The notes under the pieces are model-generated. The model was given only the letters and a program-made list of their open reading frames with translations. It made no database searches and was not told where the DNA came from. From a virus (Duplodnaviria > Caudoviricetes), in IMG/VR virus record IMGVR_UViG_3300035670_000471, positions 1-42,430 of that record: a stretch of 42,430 nt of DNA; one strand, written 5' to 3'. The translations under genes were made by a program, and so were the position numbers. Each line of letters opens with the position of its first letter. The first letter of the stretch is position 1. Below, piece by piece: positions 8,031 through 15,631 of this stretch.

Positions 8031-9257
8031 CAGGTCGGACGCATCAGAATCAAGATTTCCGAACTCATCCGACACGGGCGCCATGCGCAGGGCCGGGCGC
8101 TTGTCGGTCTCCGGCGCCAGCACCGGCTTGCCCTCGGACTGCTTGATCAGTGTGCTGACCTTGGCCCAGCGCTTGGGCTGGTCCTTGAGCAGCTTCTCGG
8201 CAGCGGTCGGGCTGATCAGCTTGAACGTGAACATCTCGTCCTGCTTGAGGCGCATCGACTTGAGCGTGGCCTCGGCTTGCTCCTCGTCGGTCCAGGCACG
8301 GGCGCCGCGCTTGCCGGCCACCAGCTTGAACCCCGGCAGATCCCCGCCGGCGAGTGCGTGGGTGTAGGCCCGCTCGCGCATGGCCTTGACCCACTGCTCG
8401 ATCAGGTCGAGCTTGGCGTAGACCACCGCCAGGGTGTCGGGCGTCACAGGGCTGGCCGGTGCGGGCAGCGGATCCGTGCTGTCGAGGGCGTCGAAGTCCT
8501 CGAACACGGTGTCGCTGACGTGGCGACGCAGGGCCGGGCAGGTGGCCTTCGCCTTGCAGTACTTGCACTGCTCATCACCCGGCACGAGGTACGCCTCGGG
8601 CACCGGCTCGGCGTCGGCGCTGGTGTAGATCAGCGACGCGGCGCACTGGGCAGCGGTGGCGGCCTTGCGCCCGAAGGCGTTGAGGTCGTCGACGCTGATC
8701 TCCCAGCTGCTCGGCTCGCGGCGCTTGGTCGGCTGCGAGATCATCAGCACGGCGGTCTCGAAGTCCGAGACCAGGCCGAAGTCCTCGAGCGCGCCCAGCG
8801 CGTAGAGCTGCAGCTGGGTGTTGTTCTCGGCCTCGACCTCGTTCTGCCCGGTCTTGAGGTCGATGATGTAGAGCGTGCCGTCGGCCAGGATGATCGCGTC
8901 GGCGGTGCCGAACGAGTCCTGCACGCCGAGCACGGCCGAGTAGTCGACCTTCTGCTCGACCAGCAGCGTGCCTCCGGTGGTCTCGACGAGACCGCGGACG
9001 GTGTCGAGGTAGACCTGCACCAGCTCGGCCATGTCGGCGGTGAACTCGATCTTGTGACCGTCGACCTCGATCACGCGGCCGATGTAGGCGGCAGCGTCGG
9101 CGCCATCGGTGAGGCACCAAGCGGCGACCTCGTGCATGGCGGTGCCTTCGCGCGCACTGGCGCCGGCGGTGTCGGGCAGGCCCTGCGACAGCGCGATGCT
9201 GCCGGGGCATGCGAGCCAGCGGTGTGACGCGCTGGCGGATAGTATTGCGTGGGTCAT
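8025..9257 (-). CDS. DUF2800 Cas4-like PD-(D/E)XK exonuclease
   Basis: HAILSASASHRWLACPGS, GTAMH, FGTAD, IIDLKTG, QLQLYALG, CKYCKAKATC. Confidence 0.9.
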   Translation of the reverse strand: MTHAILSASASHRWLACPGSIALSQGLPDTAGASAREGTAMHEVAAWCLTDGADAAAYIGRVIEVDGHKIEFTADMAELVQVYLDTVRGLVETTGGTLLVEQKVDYSAVLGVQDSFGTADAIILADGTLYIIDLKTGQNEVEAENNTQLQLYALGALEDFGLVSDFETAVLMISQPTKRREPSSWEISVDDLNAFGRKAATAAQCAASLIYTSADAEPVPEAYLVPGDEQCKYCKAKATCPALRRHVSDTVFEDFDALDSTDPLPAPASPVTPDTLAVVYAKLDLIEQWVKAMRERAYTHALAGGDLPGFKLVAGKRGARAWTDEEQAEATLKSMRLKQDEMFTFKLISPTAAEKLLKDQPKRWAKVSTLIKQSEGKPVLAPETDKRPALRMAPVSDEFGNLDSDASDLL

Positions 9258-9400
9258 TGGTCAGCCCCCGTGTCCAGCATGATGTTGAAGAATGGCAGCT
9301 CGAGCACGAACAGCCATCCCGGCGGCAGGCGGTGCCAGCGGATGCCGACACTCACCTGGGTGACGCGGTTCGCGTCGAGTCGCCAGGCGCGGACGTTCAC
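9254..9400 (-). CDS. Hypothetical protein (48 aa)
   Basis: Read manually (MNVRAWRLDANRVTQVSVGIRW...); 4-nt start/stop overlaps with both neighbours. Confidence 0.6.
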   Translation of the reverse strand: MNVRAWRLDANRVTQVSVGIRWHRLPPGWLFVLELPFFNIMLDTGADQ

Positions 9401-9804
9401 GCGAGCAGCTTCTGAGCTGCGGCGTGGAACCCGGCGAGCTGGTCGTCGGCCAGGGCGCTGGCCTTGGGCACGCCGTACTCGCCGAGCAGCTTGACCAGCG
9501 CGTCGCGCTTGCCGGCCTTGCCCAGCGCGAGGACCGCGTCGGTCACGTCCTGGCGGGTGATCTCAGAAGCGGCCGGTGCCGCTGCAGGCGAAGCAGTCTC
9601 GACTGCCGGCTCCGGCTGCTCGGCGGCCGGTGCCGGAGCAGATGAAGCAGGCGCCGTCGTCGACTTTTTTGCAGCGGTCTGCGCCTTCTCGATGACGGCG
9701 GCGGTCTCGGCAGCCGCGGGCGCCGGGTGGCCAACGGCCTGCAGGGCGGCGGTGTTGCGGTCAAGGGCGACGATCAGGTCGCCGATCAGTTTCTCGATGC
9801 TCAT
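9397..9804 (-). CDS. Hypothetical phage protein with Ala/Pro-rich linker
   Basis: GGAG RBS before MSIEKLIGDL; typical position upstream of DUF2800. Confidence 0.8.
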   Translation of the reverse strand: MSIEKLIGDLIVALDRNTAALQAVGHPAPAAAETAAVIEKAQTAAKKSTTAPASSAPAPAAEQPEPAVETASPAAAPAASEITRQDVTDAVLALGKAGKRDALVKLLGEYGVPKASALADDQLAGFHAAAQKLLA

Positions 9805-9821
9805 GGTGTTGCTCCGTTGGT

Positions 9822-10013
9822 TTAGCAGGGTGACCACATTGCGGCTCGGTTTTCTTGGGGGACGACGTACTTGCCGCGCATGCCGCGCGCGGTGAACACC
9901 ATCGACTCGCGTGGTGCTTCCTTGGTCAGCCAGATATTTTCGCCGGAGTACGGTCCGCCTTGGCAGACGTGCTTGGTCTTGGGTGCTGCGCGTTGGGATG
10001 TGGTGAACTTCAT
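9822..10013 (-). CDS. Hypothetical protein, first gene of leftward operon
   Basis: GGAG RBS; follows the promoter at 10098-10126. Confidence 0.7.
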   Translation of the reverse strand: MKFTTSQRAAPKTKHVCQGGPYSGENIWLTKEAPRESMVFTARGMRGKYVVPQENRAAMWSPC

Positions 10014-10097
10014 GGCTTGCGCTCCGATGTTGTTCTGGTGAGCACCGGCGCGGCCTTCGCGCTCCCTGACCCTTCCGTGGGCCTCGGTGCCAGCGCA

Positions 10098-10146
10098 GTA
10101 TTAAGCAGCTGCTGAATCGCTGTCAATACCTTTTCGCACTTGCTAA
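10098..10146 (-). promoter_or_regulatory. Main leftward early promoter with two operators
   Basis: TTGACA-N17-TAATAC; operators at 10102-10115 and 10133-10146. Confidence 0.8.
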
Positions 10147-10150
10147 ACCA

Positions 10151-10181
10151 AAAGGCAAAAGAAAACCGCCCCGAAGGGCGG
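10151..10181 (-). terminator. Intrinsic terminator of repressor transcript
   Basis: Minus strand CCGCCC-TTCG-GGGCGG-TTTTCTTTT. Confidence 0.85.
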
Positions 10182-10187
10182 CCGGCG

Positions 10188-10325
10188 TTACAAGGGCGCC
10201 ACCTCGATCGCCAGGTGTAGCACGACGACCAGGAGGATCGCGCGCTGCAGCCAGGGCTTGTCGGGCCTGCGCCGTTGCATTTGCGTGAGCAGGTAGTGGA
10301 TGCGTTGCCGGTTGAGTTCGTCCAT
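10188..10325 (-). CDS. Small membrane protein (45 aa) directly after repressor
   Basis: Read manually: MDELNRQRIHYLLTQMQRRRPDKPWLQRAILLVVVLHLAIEVAPL. ATG abuts the repressor TAA; ORF ends just before the terminator. Confidence 0.65.
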   Translation of the reverse strand: MDELNRQRIHYLLTQMQRRRPDKPWLQRAILLVVVLHLAIEVAPL

Positions 10326-10739
10326 TTACTTGTTGTTTATCAGGGTCACAAGGCGGCGTGTAAAGCGCTCGTCCATTCCGCCCTTCTCGTGGACGAGAGC
10401 TACCAGCTCTGCGAACTGCCGCGGGCTGGGTGCTGCTTTCATGTCCTGCACGACCTGGCCAACGAACTCGACCACCTCGCTGATCTGGTCCTCGGTCAGC
10501 GGTGTGCCGGTCTCGCGGTGCGGCTTGTCCAGCCACCCGAGTGGCAGGGACAGCCGATCCTCGACGTGGCGCGCGACCTTCTCGGTGATCTGCCGATTGT
10601 GTCGCGGGCCGACCAGCTGGCTCAGGAACGACGGCGAAGTGTAGCCGAGGCGCCGCGCCAAGTTCGTGGCGCCCTCGTACTGCACGATCACCTGGCGCAG
10701 GTTGCGCCGGCGCACGGCGTAGATGTCGGACGTTGACAC
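10326..10739 (-). CDS. Putative repressor (N-terminal XRE-type HTH)
   Basis: RRRNLRQVI...ATNLARRLGYTSPSFLSQL...RQITEKVARHVE..L.LP.GWLD pattern of phage CI N-domains; divergent from Cro-like gene; no S24 peptidase domain. Confidence 0.8.
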   Translation of the reverse strand: MSTSDIYAVRRRNLRQVIVQYEGATNLARRLGYTSPSFLSQLVGPRHNRQITEKVARHVEDRLSLPLGWLDKPHRETGTPLTEDQISEVVEFVGQVVQDMKAAPSPRQFAELVALVHEKGGMDERFTRRLVTLINNK

Positions 10740-10775
10740 GGTGCTATCCTTTAGCGGATGCTTGTCTCTGCTAAA
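10733..10775. promoter_or_regulatory. Divergent control region with operator
   Basis: TTGACA at 10733 with GATGCT 18 nt downstream (+); operator TTAGCGGATGCTTG at 10751-10764 and half-site TGCTAA at 10769-10774. Confidence 0.55.
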
Positions 10776-10797
10776 ACAACCTCAGCAGGATATTAAC

Positions 10798-11040
10798 ATG
10801 AGCGAGATCAAGGATGGTGGGCCGGCGTTTCCGATGAGCGCACACGTCAAGACACCCGGCGGCCATGAGACTGTTCAAATCAGTGGAATGACACTGCGCG
10901 ACTACTTTGCGGCCCAAGCAATGAACGCGTTTGTGCGGGGTGAGGGCAGCTTGCACTACCCGACCGTGCAGGAAGGGCTCGCCAAGCGGTCCTACCAGAT
11001 CGCCGACGCCATGCTGCGCGCGCGGGAGGTGCAGCCGTGA
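10798..11040 (+). CDS. Conserved hypothetical phage protein
   Basis: KDGGPAFP...GMTLRDYFAAQAM...YQIADAMLRAR motif common in phage early genes; AGGA RBS. Confidence 0.85.
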   Translation: MSEIKDGGPAFPMSAHVKTPGGHETVQISGMTLRDYFAAQAMNAFVRGEGSLHYPTVQEGLAKRSYQIADAMLRAREVQP

Positions 11041-11360
11041 GCAGCATGTCCCAGCTCAAGGCGTGGATGCGACTCGCCTCACCGGATGAGCAGCGCGCGC
11101 TGGCCGATGCGGCCGGCACGTCGCGCCAGTACCTCTACCACCTCGCGAATGACCGCGCGCGCTACGGGCGCGGCGCGTCGCCGGAGCTGGCCACGGCGCT
11201 GGAGCGCGCTGCGGTCGAGATCAACCGTGCCAACCCGCGCTTGCCGCGTCTGCTGCGCACTGACCTGGCCCGTGCCTGCCGCGACTGCGAGTTCGCGCGC
11301 AAGTGCCTGGGCGAGCAGGTGGTGACCGAGTCGGAGTTCCGCGTTGAGCTTGATGATTGA
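11037..11360 (+). CDS. Cro-like HTH regulator
   Basis: QRALADAAGTSRQYLYHLA HTH; C-terminal CxxCxxxxxC. Confidence 0.75.
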   Translation: MSSMSQLKAWMRLASPDEQRALADAAGTSRQYLYHLANDRARYGRGASPELATALERAAVEINRANPRLPRLLRTDLARACRDCEFARKCLGEQVVTESEFRVELDD

Positions 11361-11364
11361 GCGA

Positions 11365-11393
11365 TTGCGCAACCCGTGAGCAGACGCTAACCT
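11365..11393 (+). promoter_or_regulatory. Rightward sigma70-like promoter with operator
   Basis: TTGCGC-N17-TAACCT; operator variant TGAGCAGACGCTAA at 11377-11390. Confidence 0.65.
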
Positions 11394-11399
11394 GTGTCT

Positions 11400-11500
11400 G
11401 CCAGTTGAATATCACAGTGAGTCTTGAGAAGCAGCCCACCCGTTACTGTGACGGGCGACTGGCCTCGCGGGCTGCTTCTCAAGACTCCGAGCACCGGAGT
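11400..11500 (+). ncRNA. Structured leader RNA (putative cis-regulatory switch)
   Basis: Perfect 19-bp inverted repeat 11419-11437/11469-11487 plus competing helices; see findings. Confidence 0.55.
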
Positions 11501-11508
11501 ATTACCGC

Positions 11509-11865
11509 ATGACAAAGCACCATGTCCTGCGAGCGCTTGTCCAGCAAGGTTTTGCACATGCACTGACCGACTGGCCTTATGCCTCACTGCTTCTTCCCTA
11601 CGCCGTCGCCGACCTGGGCAACGACCGCTACATCCTCCTCAACCGCAACTACAAGCCGCTGGGCATCGACACCAAGCAGCGCGTCGACTACCAGGCGCCG
11701 GAGTACGAGTTCGCGCGCATCGTGGCCAAGCCGAAAGGCGAGTTCACCGACGTGGGCGGCCAGCGGTTCATGTGGTTCTACAACGACAGCACGGTGCCCT
11801 GCGCGCCGAACCTGCTGGCCGAGTATGCCTACCGGTTCCACGAGTTCCTGGAGCTGACAGCGTGA
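11509..11865 (+). CDS. Hypothetical protein
   Basis: GGAG RBS; LNRNYKPLG and WFYND motifs; GTGA overlap with primase. Confidence 0.8.
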   Translation: MTKHHVLRALVQQGFAHALTDWPYASLLLPYAVADLGNDRYILLNRNYKPLGIDTKQRVDYQAPEYEFARIVAKPKGEFTDVGGQRFMWFYNDSTVPCAPNLLAEYAYRFHEFLELTA

Positions 11866-14057
11866 CTGGCCAGTGGGGCGCGTCCCAGGCCGATTGGGAC
11901 ACACTGGCTTTCCTTGCAGGCATCACCGACGACATCCTCCCCTTCGTGGCCGACCCGGCGGTGCCGCCAGCCGATAACACGAGCTGGCGGCCGGGCGCCA
12001 AGATGCCCAGCGTCGTGGGCCGCGATGGCCGTGGCCACGGGATCAAGGGCTGGCAGGACAAGATCACCAGCGTGACGGATCTGCAGCGCTTCGCGTCGCA
12101 CCCGGCGCACGGCATATGCATCGTGACCCGGCGCGTGCGTGCGCTGGATGTCGACATCACGGACCCGGTCGAAGCGGATCTCGTCGAGCAGATCATCGCC
12201 CGGCACCTGGGCGTGCTGCCGACCCGGCGTCGTGGCAACAGCAGCAAGTTCCTGTGTGCGTTTATGCTCGAGGGCGAGATCCCGAAGCGCAAGGTGGCCA
12301 CCCGCCACGGCGCCGTCGAGTTCCTGGCCACCGGTCAGCAGTTCTTCGCGGTCGGTGCGCACCCGAGCGGTGAGCGCTACACCTGGGACCAGGGCACGCC
12401 CGAGGACTTCCCGGAGCTGACGCTGGCGCAGCTCGACGCGGTGTGGGGTGAGATCGTGGCCCAGGTGGGCACCGAGGTCAGCTCCGAGTTCACGCTCGGC
12501 AAGACCCTCATCAAGCAGCGCATGGCCGTCGACATCAACGACGAGGTGGTCGAGTTCCTGAGCGCAGAGGGCTGGGTCAAGCGCGTGGGGTCCGATGGCA
12601 AGGTGTTCATCCGGTGCCCGTTCGAGGGCGGCCATAGCAAGGCCGACAGCGACGACACCGCGACGTGCTATTTCCCGAAGGGCGTGGGTGGGTTCGAGCA
12701 GGGCCATTTCCTGTGCCAGCACCAGAGCTGTGGCCACCGCACCGATGGCGACTACCTCGAGGCGCTGGGCGTGGTGGCTGCCCAGTTCGAGGTCGTCGAC
12801 TACCAGCCCGAGCAGGGCGAGGTCGAGGCGCCGGAGTTCAAGCGCAACATCGAGACCGGCAAGATCCTGTCGACGCCGGGCAACGTCATGCTGGCGCTGC
12901 GCTCACCGCAGTGGCTGGGCGTCGACATCGCGTTCGATGACTTCCGTGGCGAGCGCGTCATCACCCCGCAGGGCCGGCGTGAGTGGCGTGCGTTCCGCGA
13001 CGCTGACTACATGCGCCTGCGCCTGGTGCTCGAGGGCCGTGGCCTGACGGCAGGCACTGAACTGATCCGCGAGGCCGTGGGGCTGCGTGCCGATGAGAAC
13101 CGCATCGACAGCGCGCAGCTGTGGCTGCTCAACGAGGTGCCGGTCTGGGATGGCGTGCCTCGCATCGATCAATTCTTCCCCGGCTACTTCGGCACCGAGG
13201 ACAGCGCCTACACCCGCGCGGTCGGCGCCTACACCTGGACCGCGCTGGCTGCTCGCGTGCTGGACCCAGGGCACAAGGTCGACATGGTGCCGATCCTGTC
13301 GTCCGGAGAGGGCTGCCGCAAGTCCGAGTCGATTGCCGCCATGGTGCCCTCGCGCGAGTTCTTCGTGGAGCTTGACCTGGGCGACAAAGACACCGAGCTG
13401 GTGCGCCTGATGCGCGGCAAGCTGATCTCTGAGCTGGGCGAGATGAAGGGCCTCAACAAGCGCCAGGCCGGTGAGACCAAGGCGTTCATCACCCGGCGCG
13501 TGGACGAGTGGACCCCGAAGTATCAGGAGTACGCCGTCAAGATGGATCGCCGGCTGGTGTTCATCGGCACCACCAACGAGACCGAGATGCTGTCGGACAA
13601 CACCGGCCGGCGCCGGTGGCTGCCCATGGCGATCACCAGGGCCGACACCGAGGCCATCGAGCGCGACCGGCTGCAGCTGTGGGCCGAGGGCGCGGAGCGA
13701 TTCAAGGCCAACGGCCGGGTTGAGTTCGAGGCGGCCGAGCTGCTGGCGCGCGATGAGCATGAGAAGTTCGAGGAGCAGCACGCCTGGGATGAGCTGATCG
13801 CGGCATGGCTTGACGAGCCCGCGAGCTTTGAAAACGAGGGTGTCACGAACCGCGACAAACCGTTCTCGACGGCCCAGGTGCTGATGGGTGCGCTGCACAT
13901 TTCTGCCTCAGAACTGGGTCGGAAACCGCACATAAACACTGCCGCCTCGATCCTCAAGCGGCTGGGGTTCGAGTCCCGTCAAATACGGGTTGGGGGCCAA
14001 AAACCCCGCCTTTGGTGCAAAAAATTGCAAGTTGCTGCCTCACAAGTGGGTGAGTGA
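11862..14057 (+). CDS. Primase-helicase (N-terminal prim-pol-like domain, Zn finger, C-terminal VirE/VapE-like P-loop domain)
   Basis: ALDVD and HPSGERYTW (prim-pol); CPFEGGH...CQHQSC; WDGVPRID, PGHKVD, GEGCRKS, FIGTTN, DNTGRRRWLP (VirE-like). Confidence 0.88.
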   Translation: MTGQWGASQADWDTLAFLAGITDDILPFVADPAVPPADNTSWRPGAKMPSVVGRDGRGHGIKGWQDKITSVTDLQRFASHPAHGICIVTRRVRALDVDITDPVEADLVEQIIARHLGVLPTRRRGNSSKFLCAFMLEGEIPKRKVATRHGAVEFLATGQQFFAVGAHPSGERYTWDQGTPEDFPELTLAQLDAVWGEIVAQVGTEVSSEFTLGKTLIKQRMAVDINDEVVEFLSAEGWVKRVGSDGKVFIRCPFEGGHSKADSDDTATCYFPKGVGGFEQGHFLCQHQSCGHRTDGDYLEALGVVAAQFEVVDYQPEQGEVEAPEFKRNIETGKILSTPGNVMLALRSPQWLGVDIAFDDFRGERVITPQGRREWRAFRDADYMRLRLVLEGRGLTAGTELIREAVGLRADENRIDSAQLWLLNEVPVWDGVPRIDQFFPGYFGTEDSAYTRAVGAYTWTALAARVLDPGHKVDMVPILSSGEGCRKSESIAAMVPSREFFVELDLGDKDTELVRLMRGKLISELGEMKGLNKRQAGETKAFITRRVDEWTPKYQEYAVKMDRRLVFIGTTNETEMLSDNTGRRRWLPMAITRADTEAIERDRLQLWAEGAERFKANGRVEFEAAELLARDEHEKFEEQHAWDELIAAWLDEPASFENEGVTNRDKPFSTAQVLMGALHISASELGRKPHINTAASILKRLGFESRQIRVGGQKPRLWCKKLQVAASQVGE

Positions 14058-14236
14058 GGGGGTTGTGAGGCACATGTGAGGCGGTATGTGAGTCGCCCGC
14101 AAACCCAGTGGGGGCGCGGGTTTACCCCTTCTGCCTCACATGTCTCACAACTATTTGTAAGAAGCTCCAAAAGGCCCCTATATAGGGCCTGAATCCAAAG
14201 GTAGAAAAGTAACGTGAGACATGTGAGACGTGAGGC
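14037..14236. repeat. Iteron-like octamer cluster, probable replication origin
   Basis: Nine YGTGAGNC copies in both orientations right after the primase-helicase. Confidence 0.7.
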
Positions 14237-14269
14237 ATGTCTGCCTACACCGGCAAGGAGTGAGAGGCG

Positions 14270-14509
14270 ATGAACTACAAGCTAATCGGACTGAGCGAGC
14301 AGGGATCTCGAGTGGGTGAGACGCACCCCAGGGCCAAGCTCACCGACCACGATGTCGACCTGATCCGCGAGCTGCACGAGGCGGGCCTGAGCTACCGGGT
14401 CATCGCGATCAAGTTTTCAGTTGCCAAAAGCACTGTGCGAGACATTGTGAAGTGCCGCCGGCGGTGGCAGTTCGTCGCGTCATGGCGACGAGTGGCTGTT
14501 GACGAATGA
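14270..14509 (+). CDS. Small HTH DNA-binding protein
   Basis: GETHPRAKLT...IRELH..GLSYRVIAIKFSVAKSTVRDIV HTH; AGGAG/GAGG RBS. Confidence 0.8.
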   Translation: MNYKLIGLSEQGSRVGETHPRAKLTDHDVDLIRELHEAGLSYRVIAIKFSVAKSTVRDIVKCRRRWQFVASWRRVAVDE

Positions 14510-14527
14510 TTTAGCATTTGCTTAACT
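14499..14527 (+). promoter_or_regulatory. Rightward sigma70-like promoter with operator, heading the accessory operon
   Basis: TTGACG-N17-TTAACT; operator TTAGCATTTGCTTA at 14511-14524. Confidence 0.7.
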
Positions 14528-14561
14528 AGCTGAACCAATAAAAACCGTGGAGCAGAACACT

Positions 14562-14663
14562 ATGAGCATCAAGGACACGCTGTTCATCATCGCCGTCGGC
14601 AGCGCGCTGGGCTACCTGCTGACCTGGGGCCTCGACCGCCAGCTGCTGGCCATGGGGTACTGA
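14562..14663 (+). CDS. Small membrane protein (33 aa)
   Basis: Read manually: MSIKDTLFIIAVGSALGYLLTWGLDRQLLAMGY; GGAG RBS. Confidence 0.65.
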   Translation: MSIKDTLFIIAVGSALGYLLTWGLDRQLLAMGY

Positions 14664-14664
14664 C

Positions 14665-15030
14665 ATGGACGCCGCATTCTTCGCGCCGCTGGCGCGCATC
14701 GACGACATGGCCCACCGGGTCGAGCGCATCACCGAGAACACCGCCGAGGCGTTCTACCACGCCGACGGCACGCTGGACTGGGACGCCCAGGTCGGCGGCA
14801 TGACGCTGCTGTCCATGGCGGCGGTCGAGGTGGCCATCGCCGTTGGCGAGGCCGGGCAAGAGCACCGCTCGATCTATGAGGTGCTGTGCGATGACGGCGA
14901 CGAGCTGCTGCTCATGCTGATGGCCGTCGACCCGGATCTGCGCGAGGCCATGGCCATCGCCGCCGAGTGGATCATCGAGGAGGCGTGCAACCGCGCCGTG
15001 TTCCATGGGCTGTTCGGGAGGGTTCACTGA
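14665..15030 (+). CDS. Hypothetical acidic protein
   Basis: Tightly packed ORF with genome-typical codon usage. Confidence 0.75.
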   Translation: MDAAFFAPLARIDDMAHRVERITENTAEAFYHADGTLDWDAQVGGMTLLSMAAVEVAIAVGEAGQEHRSIYEVLCDDGDELLLMLMAVDPDLREAMAIAAEWIIEEACNRAVFHGLFGRVH

Positions 15031-15182
15031 TGAAAATAACCCACGTCACCAAATGCCAGCACGGCATCCCGATGAACCAGCCGTGTCGGCACTGCGACTT
15101 GCCTGAGCGTGTCGGGCCGCATGACCCGGCAACTTGGACGATTAACAAACTGCCGCCCTGCGCGGCGCATGGGGGTGAGTGA
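15030..15182 (+). CDS. Hypothetical Cys/His-rich protein (50 aa)
   Basis: MKITHVTKCQHG...CRHC; GGAGG RBS; TGATG coupling. Confidence 0.6.
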   Translation: MKITHVTKCQHGIPMNQPCRHCDLPERVGPHDPATWTINKLPPCAAHGGE

Positions 15183-15631
15183 TGGCCTTATACAGAGTCT
15201 GCACGGCTGCTGGATGCGATGAGGATTGCCTAGCGTGCTGTGGCACTGGGCGCATCAAGGTGCGCCGACCGGGAAATGTGGTTGTCGAGGTTAGCCAGAT
15301 CGGCCTTGCACAGCAGATTCTGAGCATGGTCGTGGCCCGCGCAAAGATTCGCAAAACCGGAATGATCGACGGCAACGTACTGGCGCGTGACATCAGCGCT
15401 TTGCTCGCCGCCGCGCCGAAGCCCGAGCAGCAGGAAGCGCCGGAGCAGAAAGCACCGCTCGCAGCCATCGAGTTTGCTTTGCGGCAAGGCATGGAGTGCT
15501 ACGATTTCCTGCGCCTGTGGAACGAAGGTGAGTTCGACATCATTCGGCAGGAATGGCCGGAGTGCCCTGACGCTGTTTTCGTTGGTGCTGACCCGCTGTT
15601 CGCAGCCGACCGCGCACGGAGGAAGTCATGA
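15182..15631 (+). CDS. Hypothetical protein
   Basis: N-terminal Cys cluster (CLACCGTG); C-terminal FLRLWNEGEFDIIRQEWPECPDAVFVGADPL segment. Confidence 0.7.
   Translation: MALYRVCTAAGCDEDCLACCGTGRIKVRRPGNVVVEVSQIGLAQQILSMVVARAKIRKTGMIDGNVLARDISALLAAAPKPEQQEAPEQKAPLAAIEFALRQGMECYDFLRLWNEGEFDIIRQEWPECPDAVFVGADPLFAADRARRKS

Noticed and set aside
8025-9257. Cas4-like nuclease as evidence of a CRISPR system
   Set aside because: No repeat-spacer array or other cas genes; DUF2800-SSB-polymerase is a standard phage replication module
9822-9835. Additional operator TTAGCAGGGTGACC
   Set aside because: Only a half-site matches and no promoter geometry was found
13300-13326. Inactive helicase because Walker A reads GEGCRKS
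   Set aside because: Lys-Ser is retained and the other VirE-like motifs are intact; insufficient evidence of inactivation
14037-14236. Mini-CRISPR array
   Set aside because: Repeats are only 8 bp, in both orientations and irregularly spaced
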